Source: Bacterioplanes sp. (GTDB lineage: Bacteria > Pseudomonadota > Gammaproteobacteria > Pseudomonadales > Oceanobacteraceae). Taken from it: 16,000 nucleotides of DNA. Positions 1 to 9,939 of the stretch are shown here, piece by piece. Within the stretch, counting starts at the first letter, position 1; each line of letters opens with the position of its first letter. The position numbers were made by a program, and so were the translations under genes. The stretch is from the NCBI GenBank assembly GCA_965233665.1, contig CBDDTG010000069.1, forward strand, positions 150,641-166,640, read 5' to 3'. Under the pieces are notes generated by a model, which was given only the letters and a program-made list of their open reading frames with translations, ran no database searches and was not told the DNA's origin.

Positions 1-898
1 GGCTGCGTTGGCGGCCTTGCTGCTTGGCCTGGTGCAAGGCCAGCTCCGCCCGGCGCACCAATTGGCCGGCATCAAACCCCACTCGATTGGCCAGCTCCAT
101 GCCAATACTGGCACTGACGAAGACTTCTTCCTCGCCCAGTTCAATGGGTAGATGAATACGGCTGCGCAGCTTGTCCGCCACCAAGCGGGCGATATCCGCG
201 CTGTTAATGTTATCCAGCAGTATTGCAAAGCTGTTGCCGGCCAAGCGCGCTAAGGTGTCGGCTCGACGCACGCATTGCTGCAACCTTTGGGCGACAATTT
301 GCAGCACTTGATCGCCGCCATCGTGACCAAGGATCTCATTCACGATGCGAAAGCGATCGAGGTCGATAAACAGCAACACCAACCCACGCTGGCGGCGCTG
401 GCACTGGGCCAAACTGTAATCGAGGCGATCTTGAAACAGGGTACGGTTAGCCAGCCCGGTGAGGCTGTCGTAGTGGGAGCTGCGTTGCAGCTGTAACTCA
501 TGCTGTTTGCGGGCATTGGCCAGCGCCAGGGATTCATCCAGTTGCCAGCCAGTGTCGGGTGAGACCACTACTTCTTGCACGCCGAGGTCAATGAGCTCAA
601 TGGCAATGTTCGCGCCGCAAGGCTCTTGCAACAACACCAGCACCGGTGCTTCGGGTAAGGTCAGCTGTAAACGCTCTAGCAAATCACGCAGGCGCTGATC
701 GTAGCGTTGCGCGGCCAAGGCGATGGCGTTTTCTTGGTCGTCCAGCCAGGCACTGCTCAAATGCGCAAAATTATCGCAGGCAATTAGTCGAGCTTCGCCC
801 CGCGAACACCGCTGCCAAAACATCAGAGCGCCATCGTCTAATGCCAGGCAATACAATCCTGCGCTCGCCTGTGCGATGGGATTCGCTTGGGTGGTCAT
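1..898 (-). CDS. GGDEF-domain signalling protein, partial (C-terminus runs off the left edge); degenerate active site
   Basis: Minus-strand frame is open from ATG (cat at 896-898) to position 2, 299 codons. It is missing from the ORF track because it is not closed in the window. The translation MTTQANPIAQ...HYDSLTGLANRTLFQDRL...LVLLFIDLDRFRIVNEILGHDGGDQVL...RRADTLARLAGNSFAILL...SASIGM...AELALHQAKQQGRQ has the diguanylate-cyclase fold pattern. The GG(D/E)EF position reads AGNSF (227-241). RxxD (RRAD, 257-268) is at canonical I-site spacing. Confidence 0.8.
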   Translation of the reverse strand, partial: MTTQANPIAQASAGLYCLALDDGALMFWQRCSRGEARLIACDNFAHLSSAWLDDQENAIALAAQRYDQRLRDLLERLQLTLPEAPVLVLLQEPCGANIAIELIDLGVQEVVVSPDTGWQLDESLALANARKQHELQLQRSSHYDSLTGLANRTLFQDRLDYSLAQCQRRQRGLVLLFIDLDRFRIVNEILGHDGGDQVLQIVAQRLQQCVRRADTLARLAGNSFAILLDNINSADIARLVADKLRSRIHLPIELGEEEVFVSASIGMELANRVGFDAGQLVRRAELALHQAKQQGRQRS

Positions 899-988
899 AA
901 GTAGCTACCGCGATACTGGTTCTACCGAAGTATAGCCAGCCGCGGATAGCTCAGACTTTACACCTAGCTCAGCGGGAGGATTGGCAGG

Positions 989-1783
989 TCAGACTGCCAC
1001 CGGCGCCTTGATATGCGGATGGCTTTGGTACCCCTCGATGACAAAGTCGTCAAAGTGATAATCAAAAATCGACTCGGGCCGACGTGCAATCACCAGTTTT
1101 GGCAATGCCAGTGGCTCGCGGGTGAGCTGTAAATCGGCCTGCTCCAAGTGGTTGGCATACAAGTGCACATCGCCACCGGTCCAAACAAAATCACCCACCT
1201 CCAAATCGCATTGCTGCGCCACCATGTGCACCAGCAAGGCATAGCTGGCGATGTTGAACGGTACGCCTAGGAAAATATCCGCACTGCGCTGATACAGCTG
1301 GCACGACAACTTGCCGTCAGCAACGTAGAACTGAAACATGGCATGACACGGTGGCAGCGCCATGTTGTCGATTTCGCCGACATTCCAGGCATTAACGATC
1401 AAGCGACGAGAATCCGGGTTGTTGCGGATTTGCTCCATCAGCTGGCTGATCTGATCTATCTGGCGGCCATCGGCCGCCGGCCAGCTGCGCCACTGCGAGC
1501 CATACACAGGCCCTAGGTTGCCATCGGCGTCGGCCCATTCATCCCAAATCGATACGCCGTTTTCTTTCAGATAGGCGATGTTGGTTTCGCCGCTTAAAAA
1601 CCACAGCAGTTCATGGATGATGGAGCGCAGATGCAGTTTTTTGGTGGTCACCAGCGGAAAGCCCGCGCTTAAATCAAACCGCATCTGATAGCCAAAGCAG
1701 CTGTAGGTGCCGGTGCCGGTACGGTCCTCTTTGAAAACACCGTGTTCGCGCACATGGCGCATCAAATCTAGGTACTGTTGCAT
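989..1783 (-). CDS. thyA: thymidylate synthase
   Basis: 264 aa starting [16 protein letters not shown]. It is near-colinear with E. coli ThyA ([20 protein letters not shown], catalytic [31 protein letters not shown]). The ORF-track start at 1882 adds 33 residues that overlap lgt, so I rejected it. Confidence 0.95.
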   Translation of the reverse strand: MQQYLDLMRHVREHGVFKEDRTGTGTYSCFGYQMRFDLSAGFPLVTTKKLHLRSIIHELLWFLSGETNIAYLKENGVSIWDEWADADGNLGPVYGSQWRSWPAADGRQIDQISQLMEQIRNNPDSRRLIVNAWNVGEIDNMALPPCHAMFQFYVADGKLSCQLYQRSADIFLGVPFNIASYALLVHMVAQQCDLEVGDFVWTGGDVHLYANHLEQADLQLTREPLALPKLVIARRPESIFDYHFDDFVIEGYQSHPHIKAPVAV

Positions 1784-1785
1784 GA

Positions 1786-2586
1786 CTAAATACTCTGGTG
1801 ACGACGGCGATAAGCCCAAGCCAATAACAGCAAGCCAGCGACGATCATCGGCAAGCTCAGCAATTGACCGCGACTCATCCAACCAAACAGATCGAAGCCG
1901 ATGTGTGCATCGGGCTCACGGAAGAATTCGGCAATGGTACGGAAAATCCCGTAGCCGAGCAAAAACGCAGCGCCTACGGCCATGCGTGGTCTTGGCCGGC
2001 TGGAGTACCACCACAGCACAATAAACAACAGCAAACCTTCAAGCCCGGCTTGGTAGAGTTGAGAAGGATGGCGAGCGACGTCGTCTGCACGCGGGAACAC
2101 CATGGCCCAAGGCACGGCTTGCGGGTCTGCTGCACGCCCCCACAGCTCGCCCCCGATAAAGTTACCGATGCGACCAAACATCAAACCAACCGGCACCAAG
2201 GGGGCGACAAAGTCACCGACATCGAAAAAGTTCTTCTGATACTTACGGCCAAACCAAGCCACAGCTAGCAATACGCCCAATAAGCCACCGTGAAAAGACA
2301 TGCCGCCTTCCCACACTCGCAATAGCCACAGCGGGTCATCAAGAAACTGCGAAAAGTTGTAAAACATCACGTAGCCAAAGCGGCCACCAAGAATCACGCC
2401 CATGGCGCCGAAAAAGATCAGGTCAGACACTTGTTCGCTGGTCCAGCCTGAGTTCGGTTGGCGTGCGCGATAATTGGCCAAGGCCCAGGCGGTGGCAAAG
2501 GCGAGTAAATACATCAGCCCGTACCAGTGAATTTGCAGCGGACCGATGGCAATGGCCACCGGGTCAATATCAGGGTATTTCAACAT
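1786..2586 (-). CDS. lgt: phosphatidylglycerol-prolipoprotein diacylglyceryl transferase
   Basis: 266 aa with Lgt signatures [35 protein letters not shown] and FFREPD. An AAGGAAG Shine-Dalgarno (SD) precedes the ATG. The stop is 2 nt from the thyA start, the classic lgt-thyA operon. Confidence 0.93.
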   Translation of the reverse strand: MLKYPDIDPVAIAIGPLQIHWYGLMYLLAFATAWALANYRARQPNSGWTSEQVSDLIFFGAMGVILGGRFGYVMFYNFSQFLDDPLWLLRVWEGGMSFHGGLLGVLLAVAWFGRKYQKNFFDVGDFVAPLVPVGLMFGRIGNFIGGELWGRAADPQAVPWAMVFPRADDVARHPSQLYQAGLEGLLLFIVLWWYSSRPRPRMAVGAAFLLGYGIFRTIAEFFREPDAHIGFDLFGWMSRGQLLSLPMIVAGLLLLAWAYRRRHQSI

Positions 2587-2668
2587 GCATGCTTCCTTGT
2601 CCGATCAGTTCAGTCAGCAGTATCGGTAGTAAATGTGAAGGTTCAGAGCGCATTTAGGTGCCTGTGGT

Positions 2669-3457
2669 TCAACTCAGCAAAAAGCGCAGCCCGACCACGC
2701 ACAGCAACAGGGCGAAGGCTTTTTTCAGCTTGTTCTGGTCAAGGCGATGCGCCAAACGTGCCCCTACTTTTGCCATCGGCACGCTGGTCAATACGATGCC
2801 CACAATGGCTGGCCAATAAAGAAAGCCGGTACTCCAGCCGGGCAAACCAGGCACCTGCCAGCCGGCCCACACATTGCTCAAGGCGCCCGTGATGGCAATC
2901 GGCAAACCACAGGCAGCGGAGCTGGCAACGGCCTGACGCATGGGAATTTGCATCCAGGTCAGATAGGGCACGGTAAAGGTGCCGCCGCCAATGCCAAACC
3001 AGGAAGAGCCAAAGCCAATGACACCGCCAGCGCCGACCAAAGCGCCATCGCTGGGCACGTGGCCATCGTGACTGGGGTTGAGGCCGAAAAACATCTTGGC
3101 TGCCAACAGCAGCGCGAACACACCGATGATGTTTTGCAATACCGGGCCAGGCACCTGGGTAATCAAAGCCACGCCCAACGCGGTACCGGCGACAATGCCA
3201 ATGCTTAAACGTGCCACCAGCGGCCAACGCACGGCGCCGTTGCGATGATGCTCCAGCACGGAACTGATGGAGGTAAAGACAATGGTGGCCAAAGACGTGG
3301 CCACCGCCATGTGAGTCAGTACATCGGCGCTGATGCCTTGGGTTTCAAAGGTCAGTACCAGCACCGGCACAATGACCATGCCACCGCCGATACCGAACAA
3401 ACCGGCCAGCAAACCGGCCAAGGCGCCTACCGCCAGGAACAGCAAAAATATCGTCAT
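2669..3457 (-). CDS. TauE/SafE family anion (sulfite/sulfonate) exporter-like membrane protein
   Basis: 262 aa, very hydrophobic multi-pass protein. The G-rich repeats GLFGIGGGMVIVP and FGIGGGTFTVP in its two halves are typical of PF01925-type permeases. Confidence 0.78.
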   Translation of the reverse strand: MTIFLLFLAVGALAGLLAGLFGIGGGMVIVPVLVLTFETQGISADVLTHMAVATSLATIVFTSISSVLEHHRNGAVRWPLVARLSIGIVAGTALGVALITQVPGPVLQNIIGVFALLLAAKMFFGLNPSHDGHVPSDGALVGAGGVIGFGSSWFGIGGGTFTVPYLTWMQIPMRQAVASSAACGLPIAITGALSNVWAGWQVPGLPGWSTGFLYWPAIVGIVLTSVPMAKVGARLAHRLDQNKLKKAFALLLCVVGLRFLLS

Positions 3458-3524
3458 AGCTCTCGGTGCCGGGAATTCAGGAGGCGGACATTATGCCCAT
3501 GGATGGCGGTCGCGCCAAACCAGA

Positions 3525-3845
3525 TCAGCTGTGGGTAGGAGTTAGCAGCCGTACGCGCACGCCATCGGCTTCGATCAGCTCGAACACGCGCGGGCGTACG
3601 TGTTCAATCCACCATGGGTTATAGACCTGCTCAAACAGCTGTTGTCGATGCGTTTCATCGCGGTAGCGGCGTTGCCAGATGAACCAGTCGACGCCCTGTT
3701 CATCCTGCCAATGGCTGGTGAACACGATGTTCATGCCCTGCTGTCGCTGATACGGCAATATGGTGTCGTTCATCAGTTGTAAAAATGCAGTCAGCTTGCC
3801 GGGCTTGATTTGATACTCACGTAGCTCAAGCAGGTGATCCATCAT
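3525..3845 (-). CDS. NIPSNAP-like small alpha/beta-barrel protein
   Basis: 106 aa from MMDHLLELREYQIKPGKL. The ELRxYxxxPG N-terminal pattern and the ~100 aa size fit the NIPSNAP family. The start is placed at ATG 3845 (or 3842). The ORF-track start at 3908 overlaps the spoT 3' end and is low complexity. Confidence 0.55.
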   Translation of the reverse strand: MMDHLLELREYQIKPGKLTAFLQLMNDTILPYQRQQGMNIVFTSHWQDEQGVDWFIWQRRYRDETHRQQLFEQVYNPWWIEHVRPRVFELIEADGVRVRLLTPTHS

Positions 3846-3867
3846 GAAAGGGCTCGGTTGGTGTGGT

Positions 3868-5982
3868 TTAGTTGCGGGTGCGGACGATTTTGGTGACGCC
3901 ATGCACATGACGTAAACGACGAATCGCGCGAGCCAAATGCTTGCGGCCTTGAATGCTGATGGTCATGTGGGCAACGCTGAGGCGAGCATCGCGCTCCTGG
4001 ACTGAGAAACTGTCGAGACTGGCGTCGGCTTGATTGACGGCGGCGGCCAGCTCAACGACGGCCCCGCGACGGTTCTCCATGTAGACCTTGAGGTTGACGG
4101 AAAACTCAGTGTCGATGTCTTTATCCCAGCTGAGGATGACGCATTTTTCTGGGTTGTCGCGATACTCTTCGACGTTTTTGCAGTGTTCGGTGTGAATCAC
4201 CAAGCCACGTCCAGAGCTGGCATGGCCAACAATCGGATCGCCTGGAATGGGGCTGCAGCATTTGGCAAAGCTGACCATGAGCCCCTCGGTGCCTTTGATC
4301 GCCAACGGCGATTGCTCGTAGGCGTTAAGGTCAACATCGGCATCGCGGTGGGCGACGAGTAAGCGTCGGGCCATTAAAGGCGCCATGCGATTACCGGCGC
4401 CAATATCTTCCAGCAGATCTTCCAGGCTGGCCATCTCGGTTTCGCGCAGCACTTGAGCAACGTGTTCTTGGTCAATGTCATCCAATGACTTGCCCAAGCC
4501 ACTCAAGGCTTTATTCAACAAGCGCTCACCCAGGGCAACGGACTCGCTGCGACGCTGGTTTTTAAGGTAACTGCGAATGTTGGAGCGGGCTTTGCCAGTG
4601 ACCACAAAGTTGAGCCAAGCCGGATTGGGCTGCGAATTAGGGGCCGTCACGATTTGTACGGTTTGGCCATTTTGCAGCTTGGCGCTCAACGGCGCTAACT
4701 GGCGATTGATGCGGCAGGCAATGCAGCGGTTGCCGACATCGGTGTGCACGGCGTAGGCAAAGTCGATGGGGGTAGAGCCTGCGGGCAGGGCGAGAATCTT
4801 GCCTTTGGGCGTGAATACGTAAATCTCGTCTGGAAACAGATCGACTTTGACGTGCTCGACAAACTCAATTGGGCTGCCGGCGCTCTTTTGCAACTCCAGC
4901 AGGTTTTGCACCCATTGACGGGCACGCTGACTGCCGTTGGCCGGATCAACATCGGATTTATACAACCAATGGGCGGCGATGCCGTGATTGGCCATGGCGT
5001 CCATTTCTTCGGTGCGAATCTGGATTTCTACCGGTAAGCCGGCAATGCCAATCAGCGTGGTATGCAACGACTGATAGCCATTGGCTTTGGGAATGGCGAT
5101 GTAGTCTTTGAAGCGGCCAGGGATCGGCTTGTACAGCGAGTGCATAATGCCTAACAGGCGATAGCAATCGTCAACGGACTGGGCAATCAGACGAAAACCA
5201 TACACGTCCATAATGTCGGCCAGCGGTTTGCGTTGATCGCGCATCTTGCAATAAATGCTGTAGAGATGCTTTTCACGGCCAACGATGCGAGCCTGCACAC
5301 CGACTTCTGTGAGGCGGTTACGAATGGCGCCAGAGATGGTGTCGACCATTTCTTTGCGATGGCCGCGGGCGGTACTAACCGCTTTGCGAATCATGTTCGA
5401 GCGCATGGGGTAAATGGCTTCGAAACACAGCTCTTCCATTTCTACCCGCACATCATTTAGCCCCAAGCGATTTGCGATGGGGGCGTAAATGTCGAGGGTT
5501 TCACGGGCAATGCGACGACGTTTTTCCGGCCGTAAAGAGCCCAGGGTGCGTAAATTGTGCAAGCGGTCAGCGAGTTTCACCAAGATGACGCGAATGTCTT
5601 TGGCCATCGCCATGGCCATCTTTTGGAAGTTTTCGGCTTGCTGTTGTTCTTTGTTTTCGAAGTGAATGTGTGTCAGCTTCGACACACCATCGACGAGCTC
5701 GGTGACGATGTCGCCAAATTGTGTGGCTAGGGCTTGTTTGGGAATGCCCGTGTCTTCAATCACATCGTGCAGCATCGCGGCCATCAAGCTTTGATGGTCG
5801 AGATGCATGTTGGCCAAAATGTTGGCCACCGCCAGTGGATGAATAATGTAAGGTTCGCCACTGCGGCGACGCTGCCCCTCATGTGCCTGTTCGGCGTAAT
5901 AGTAGGCACGACTGACCTGTTTGATCTGAGCCGGTGTCAGATACTGAGTCAGTCGTTCCGCCAAGGCATCGATGGTGGGCAA
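3868..5982 (-). CDS. spoT: bifunctional (p)ppGpp synthetase II / ppGpp pyrophosphohydrolase
   Basis: 704 aa, colinear with E. coli SpoT over the full length: HD domain HPLAVANIL...HDVIEDT, synthetase REKHLYSIYCKM...DYIAIPKANGYQSLHT, TGS and ACT regions, C-terminal KIVRTRN. The TTG start at 5980-5982 is supported by the N-terminal alignment, and there is no in-frame ATG nearby. Confidence 0.96.
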   Translation of the reverse strand: MPTIDALAERLTQYLTPAQIKQVSRAYYYAEQAHEGQRRRSGEPYIIHPLAVANILANMHLDHQSLMAAMLHDVIEDTGIPKQALATQFGDIVTELVDGVSKLTHIHFENKEQQQAENFQKMAMAMAKDIRVILVKLADRLHNLRTLGSLRPEKRRRIARETLDIYAPIANRLGLNDVRVEMEELCFEAIYPMRSNMIRKAVSTARGHRKEMVDTISGAIRNRLTEVGVQARIVGREKHLYSIYCKMRDQRKPLADIMDVYGFRLIAQSVDDCYRLLGIMHSLYKPIPGRFKDYIAIPKANGYQSLHTTLIGIAGLPVEIQIRTEEMDAMANHGIAAHWLYKSDVDPANGSQRARQWVQNLLELQKSAGSPIEFVEHVKVDLFPDEIYVFTPKGKILALPAGSTPIDFAYAVHTDVGNRCIACRINRQLAPLSAKLQNGQTVQIVTAPNSQPNPAWLNFVVTGKARSNIRSYLKNQRRSESVALGERLLNKALSGLGKSLDDIDQEHVAQVLRETEMASLEDLLEDIGAGNRMAPLMARRLLVAHRDADVDLNAYEQSPLAIKGTEGLMVSFAKCCSPIPGDPIVGHASSGRGLVIHTEHCKNVEEYRDNPEKCVILSWDKDIDTEFSVNLKVYMENRRGAVVELAAAVNQADASLDSFSVQERDARLSVAHMTISIQGRKHLARAIRRLRHVHGVTKIVRTRN

Positions 5983-5994
5983 GGAGTGGCCGCC

Positions 5995-6225
5995 TTAGAG
6001 CGCTTGTTGACGCTCTGCTTCTTCATGCGCCGCCATGCTGGCTGGCGTCACCAGATCTTCAGCGATTTCACGCAGGGCCAGTACGGTCGGCTTGTCGTTT
6101 TCCACCGGTACCAGAGGCTCTGCACCCTGAACTGCGATTTGGCGGGCACGCTTAGTGGCCAGCATGATCAGTTCAAAGCGGTTGTCTACGTTGTTCAGGC
6201 AATCTTCAACAGTAACGCGGGCCAT
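5995..6225 (-). CDS. rpoZ: DNA-directed RNA polymerase subunit omega
   Basis: 76 aa, [10 protein letters not shown]...[15 protein letters not shown], the canonical omega N-terminus. An AGGA SD lies upstream. The stop is 12 nt before the spoT start. Confidence 0.94.
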   Translation of the reverse strand: MARVTVEDCLNNVDNRFELIMLATKRARQIAVQGAEPLVPVENDKPTVLALREIAEDLVTPASMAAHEEAERQQAL

Positions 6226-6381
6226 AAAAATCCTGTGATTTAATCAAATTCGAAGGGACCTTCTAGTTTATCTGAAATCGGTCTGAAAGAAAGCCTTTTG
6301 ATTACATAATGTTCAGTGCTGGGGCGGCTATCGCAAGCCCGGGCGCAACCCCTGGCACAGCCGCTGATCCAGTGCTTTCAC

Positions 6382-7668
<1,287 letters not shown>

Positions 7669-7804
7669 ACTTGCCCTATTTGAGCCTTGCTAACTGTCAA
7701 GGAGGGTAAGTGCGTTGCCCTGTTAATAGCGGACTCTATAAACTGCTTCCGCCTCGCCAGTAGCAAGCAGGCACTTCGCACAGAATTGTTGAGAGGAAGC
7801 AACC

Positions 7805-8251
7805 GTGAAAAAAATGATCAAACTGACTCTAGTGGCGGCCCTGGCTGCCAGCAGTATGGCCGCCGTGGCCGACATCAAACCGTTTGAAGCGGTGGAATAC
7901 CGCAAAGGCATTTTCAAAGCGGTAAAGTGGCAGTTTGGCCCCATGGGCGACATGGTTAAAGGCAAAGTCGACTATGACGCCGCAGAGTTCAGTCGCCGTG
8001 CAGCCAACCTGGCAGCGCTCAGCAAAATGCCATTGGAAGGCTTTCGTCCTGGCACTTATGCCAGTGCTACCTCTGCTTTGCCCAGCATCGAAGACGACTG
8101 GCAAACCTTTGCTGACACCATGAGCCAGTTTCAAGACAACACGGCTGCATTAGAGCAGGCTGCCGCCAGCGGCGACATGGGCGAGATTAAACCCGCCTTC
8201 ATCAAAGTGGCGCGTACCTGCAAATCCTGCCACGACAAGTTCAAAGACTGA
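7805..8251 (+). CDS. cycP: cytochrome c' (class II c-type cytochrome), secreted
   Basis: 148 aa with signal peptide MKKMIKLTLVAALAASSMAAVA. The mature part parallels known cytochromes c' (AVEYRKG, VKGKVDYDAAEF, FQDN), with the C-terminal haem motif CKSCH at 8219-8233. The GTG start at 7805 sits 5 nt after AGGAAG. An in-frame ATG at 7814 is an alternative. Confidence 0.85.
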   Translation: MKKMIKLTLVAALAASSMAAVADIKPFEAVEYRKGIFKAVKWQFGPMGDMVKGKVDYDAAEFSRRAANLAALSKMPLEGFRPGTYASATSALPSIEDDWQTFADTMSQFQDNTAALEQAAASGDMGEIKPAFIKVARTCKSCHDKFKD

Positions 8252-8936
8252 GCAAGGCCCAGACACTGAGCGCCGCCGCCGCTATCGCCACAACACCGCG
8301 CAGCCACACTCGTGACACAGTGCGGTCGGCTTTAGCGCCGGGCTTGCGGCCATGCAACATGGCCTGCAGTAGCGGCTCACGCTTACCCAACTGATGTAAC
8401 AATACGCCGGCCAAATGCAGAGCAATGGCCAGCAGCAGCAGATCAAACAGAGTTTCGTGCCAGCGGGTAATTTCGACACTCAGGTCATAGCTGATCAAAT
8501 GCACCAGTGGCCCTTCGGTAAAAATCTCATCATTGGCAAATAAGCCTGTGCCTGCTTGAGCCGCGCACAGCAGCAACAAGGCCACCACCATCCAACCGCC
8601 CAGTGGGTTATGACCCTGATACACAGACGCTCGGTTTCGAACCAAGTCGTGGGCGTAGCGCCATACTGCCAGCGGGCTGCGCACAAACTGGCGAAAACGC
8701 GCGAACGGCGTGCCGGCAAAGCCCCACAATAAACGGAACAACACCAGCCCCAGCACGGTGTAACCACTGCGCATATGCCACTCCATCCATTCACCGCCTT
8801 GCTCGCCTGACCACCAGCCAAAGCCGATGCAGGCCACTAGTAGCCAGTGAAACAGCCGGACAAACACATCCCATACCTGAGCTTGCTTCGCCGTTGCTGA
8901 GGTAGAAGGTACGGGGCTAGAAGTTGCTTGAGTCAT
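8241..8936 (-). CDS. cytochrome b561 family (bacterial di-haem b-type cytochrome) membrane protein
   Basis: About 231 aa from ATG 8936 (MTQATSS...). It has four hydrophobic helices with conserved His positions (FVRLFHW, EWHMRSG, RWHETLF, ALHLAGVLLH), typical of the PF01292 family. The ORF-track TTG at 8960 overlaps the yicC stop and is less likely. Confidence 0.78.
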   Translation of the reverse strand: MTQATSSPVPSTSATAKQAQVWDVFVRLFHWLLVACIGFGWWSGEQGGEWMEWHMRSGYTVLGLVLFRLLWGFAGTPFARFRQFVRSPLAVWRYAHDLVRNRASVYQGHNPLGGWMVVALLLLCAAQAGTGLFANDEIFTEGPLVHLISYDLSVEITRWHETLFDLLLLAIALHLAGVLLHQLGKREPLLQAMLHGRKPGAKADRTVSRVWLRGVVAIAAAALSVWALLSL

Positions 8937-8952
8937 TATTATGTCGTACCGC

Positions 8953-9828
8953 TTATTCAATGTTTTGTACTTGCTCGCGCATTTGCTCGATCAATACTTT
9001 TAAGTCCACCGCGGCTTGGGTGATGGCGGCGGTAAGCGATTTGGAGGATAAGGTATTCGCCTCGCGATTCAGCTCCTGCATCATAAAGTCGAGACGGCGG
9101 CCAATGGGCTCATTGCTGGCAAGGATTCGGTGTACCTCGGCAATGTGCGTATCGAGGCGGTCGAGCTCTTCGGCAACGTCGGCTTTTTGTGCCAGCAACA
9201 CCATTTCTTGCTCCAACCGCTCTGGCTGTAATTGATGTTGCAGCTCATCCAAACGTGTTTGTAGCTGTTGCTTTTGTGCTTGCAAAGCCTGTGGCATTTG
9301 CTCACGCACTTGCTCTACCAGAGGCTGCATTTTGCTTAGCCGTAGCTCGATCATCTGAGCTAAAGCTTCGCCTTCGCGTGCGCGGGTGGCCAGCAGCTGC
9401 TCCAACGCTTCATCAAAGGCGCTCAGGGCAGCGGCTTGCAGGGCTTTGCTGTCATGCTGTTGCTGATCGAGCACGCCTGGCCATTGCATTAACTCCAACA
9501 CGTTCATGGCATTGCCTGGGCCTATGATGGCGTGGATTTGGTCAGCCGCCTGATTGAGCTGCTCCACTAAGGCGGTGTTAACGCTCAGGCCCGCTTCGCC
9601 AGCGAGGGGCTGGAAGCGCAATGCACATTCAATTTTGCCGCGATTCAGCCGTTGCTTCAGACGCTCGCGCAATTTCGGTTCCAAGTCACGAAAGGCGTCC
9701 GGCAGGCGAAAGTGCGGCTCCAGGTAGCGGCTGTTGACGCTGCGAATTTCCCAGGTGAAGCGGCCACCTTGCTGCTCACTGCTGGCGCGGGCAAAGGCGG
9801 TCATGCTGAAAACGATGGGTTGGCTCAC
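8953..9828 (-). CDS. yicC: YicC family stress-induced protein
   Basis: MTAFARAS...WEIRSVNSRYLEPHFRLPDAFRDLEPKLRERLKQRLNRGKIECALRF is colinear with E. coli YicC, and the C-terminus EANT...K is also matched. I prefer GTG 9828, which lies 7 nt after a perfect GGAGGA (minus strand, 9836-9841). ATG 9843 (ORF track) and ATG 9804 are alternatives. Confidence 0.86.
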   Translation of the reverse strand: MSQPIVFSMTAFARASSEQQGGRFTWEIRSVNSRYLEPHFRLPDAFRDLEPKLRERLKQRLNRGKIECALRFQPLAGEAGLSVNTALVEQLNQAADQIHAIIGPGNAMNVLELMQWPGVLDQQQHDSKALQAAALSAFDEALEQLLATRAREGEALAQMIELRLSKMQPLVEQVREQMPQALQAQKQQLQTRLDELQHQLQPERLEQEMVLLAQKADVAEELDRLDTHIAEVHRILASNEPIGRRLDFMMQELNREANTLSSKSLTAAITQAAVDLKVLIEQMREQVQNIE

Positions 9829-9902
9829 CTGTGCGTCCTCCATTGATAAAAACGTTATTGTACGAGCAAGCGATGGCGGTCGAAAGCGGCTAGGTCAGGC
9901 CC

Positions 9903-9908
9903 TATAAT
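9903..9908 (+). promoter_or_regulatory. candidate -10 hexamer (TATAAT) of the rph promoter
   Basis: A perfect TATAAT lies 31 nt upstream of the rph ATG in the 96-nt (9844-9939) divergent yicC/rph intergenic region. No convincing -35 was seen. Confidence 0.4.
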
Positions 9909-9939
9909 GGCGGCTTTCATTCAATCGAAGGAAGTTTTT

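Noticed and set aside
944-1000. tRNA-like strings: GCGGATAGCTCAG, a second TAGCTCAG 18 nt later, and a GGCAG-gtcaga-CTGCC hairpin.
   Set aside because: There is no D-loop continuation, no 7-nt anticodon loop, and no T-arm (GGTTCGAATCC-type) or acceptor pairing. The hairpin overlaps the last thyA codons and its stop. It is probably chance, or at most a weak thyA 3' structure.
1784-1882. The ORF track extends thyA to 297 aa ([10 protein letters not shown]...), overlapping the lgt 3' end.
   Set aside because: The ThyA alignment begins at MQQYLDLM (ATG 1783). The extension has no homolog support and overlaps lgt by 97 nt.
2739-3227. Long alternative-frame and antisense ORFs inside real genes. 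Examples are 2739-3227(-), 2747-3208(+), 5734-6243(+), 7284-7802(-), 12426-12869(-), 12706-13041(-) and 15415-15993(-).
   Set aside because: They lie fully within confidently identified genes. They have Arg/Gly/Ala/Cys/Trp- or Ser-rich low-complexity translations and no RBS or motifs. Such ORFs are the expected by-product of GC-rich or codon-biased coding DNA.
3846-3908. N-terminal extension of the NIPSNAP-like ORF (MCMASPKSSAPATKPHQPSPF).
   Set aside because: It is low complexity and overlaps the spoT C-terminus. The family signature starts right after the internal MM.
7680-7693. FNR/Dnr-like site TTGAG-CCTT-GCTAA upstream of cycP.
   Set aside because: Only the left half matches TTGAT (4/5). 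The right half matches ATCAA at 2/5, which is not better than chance.
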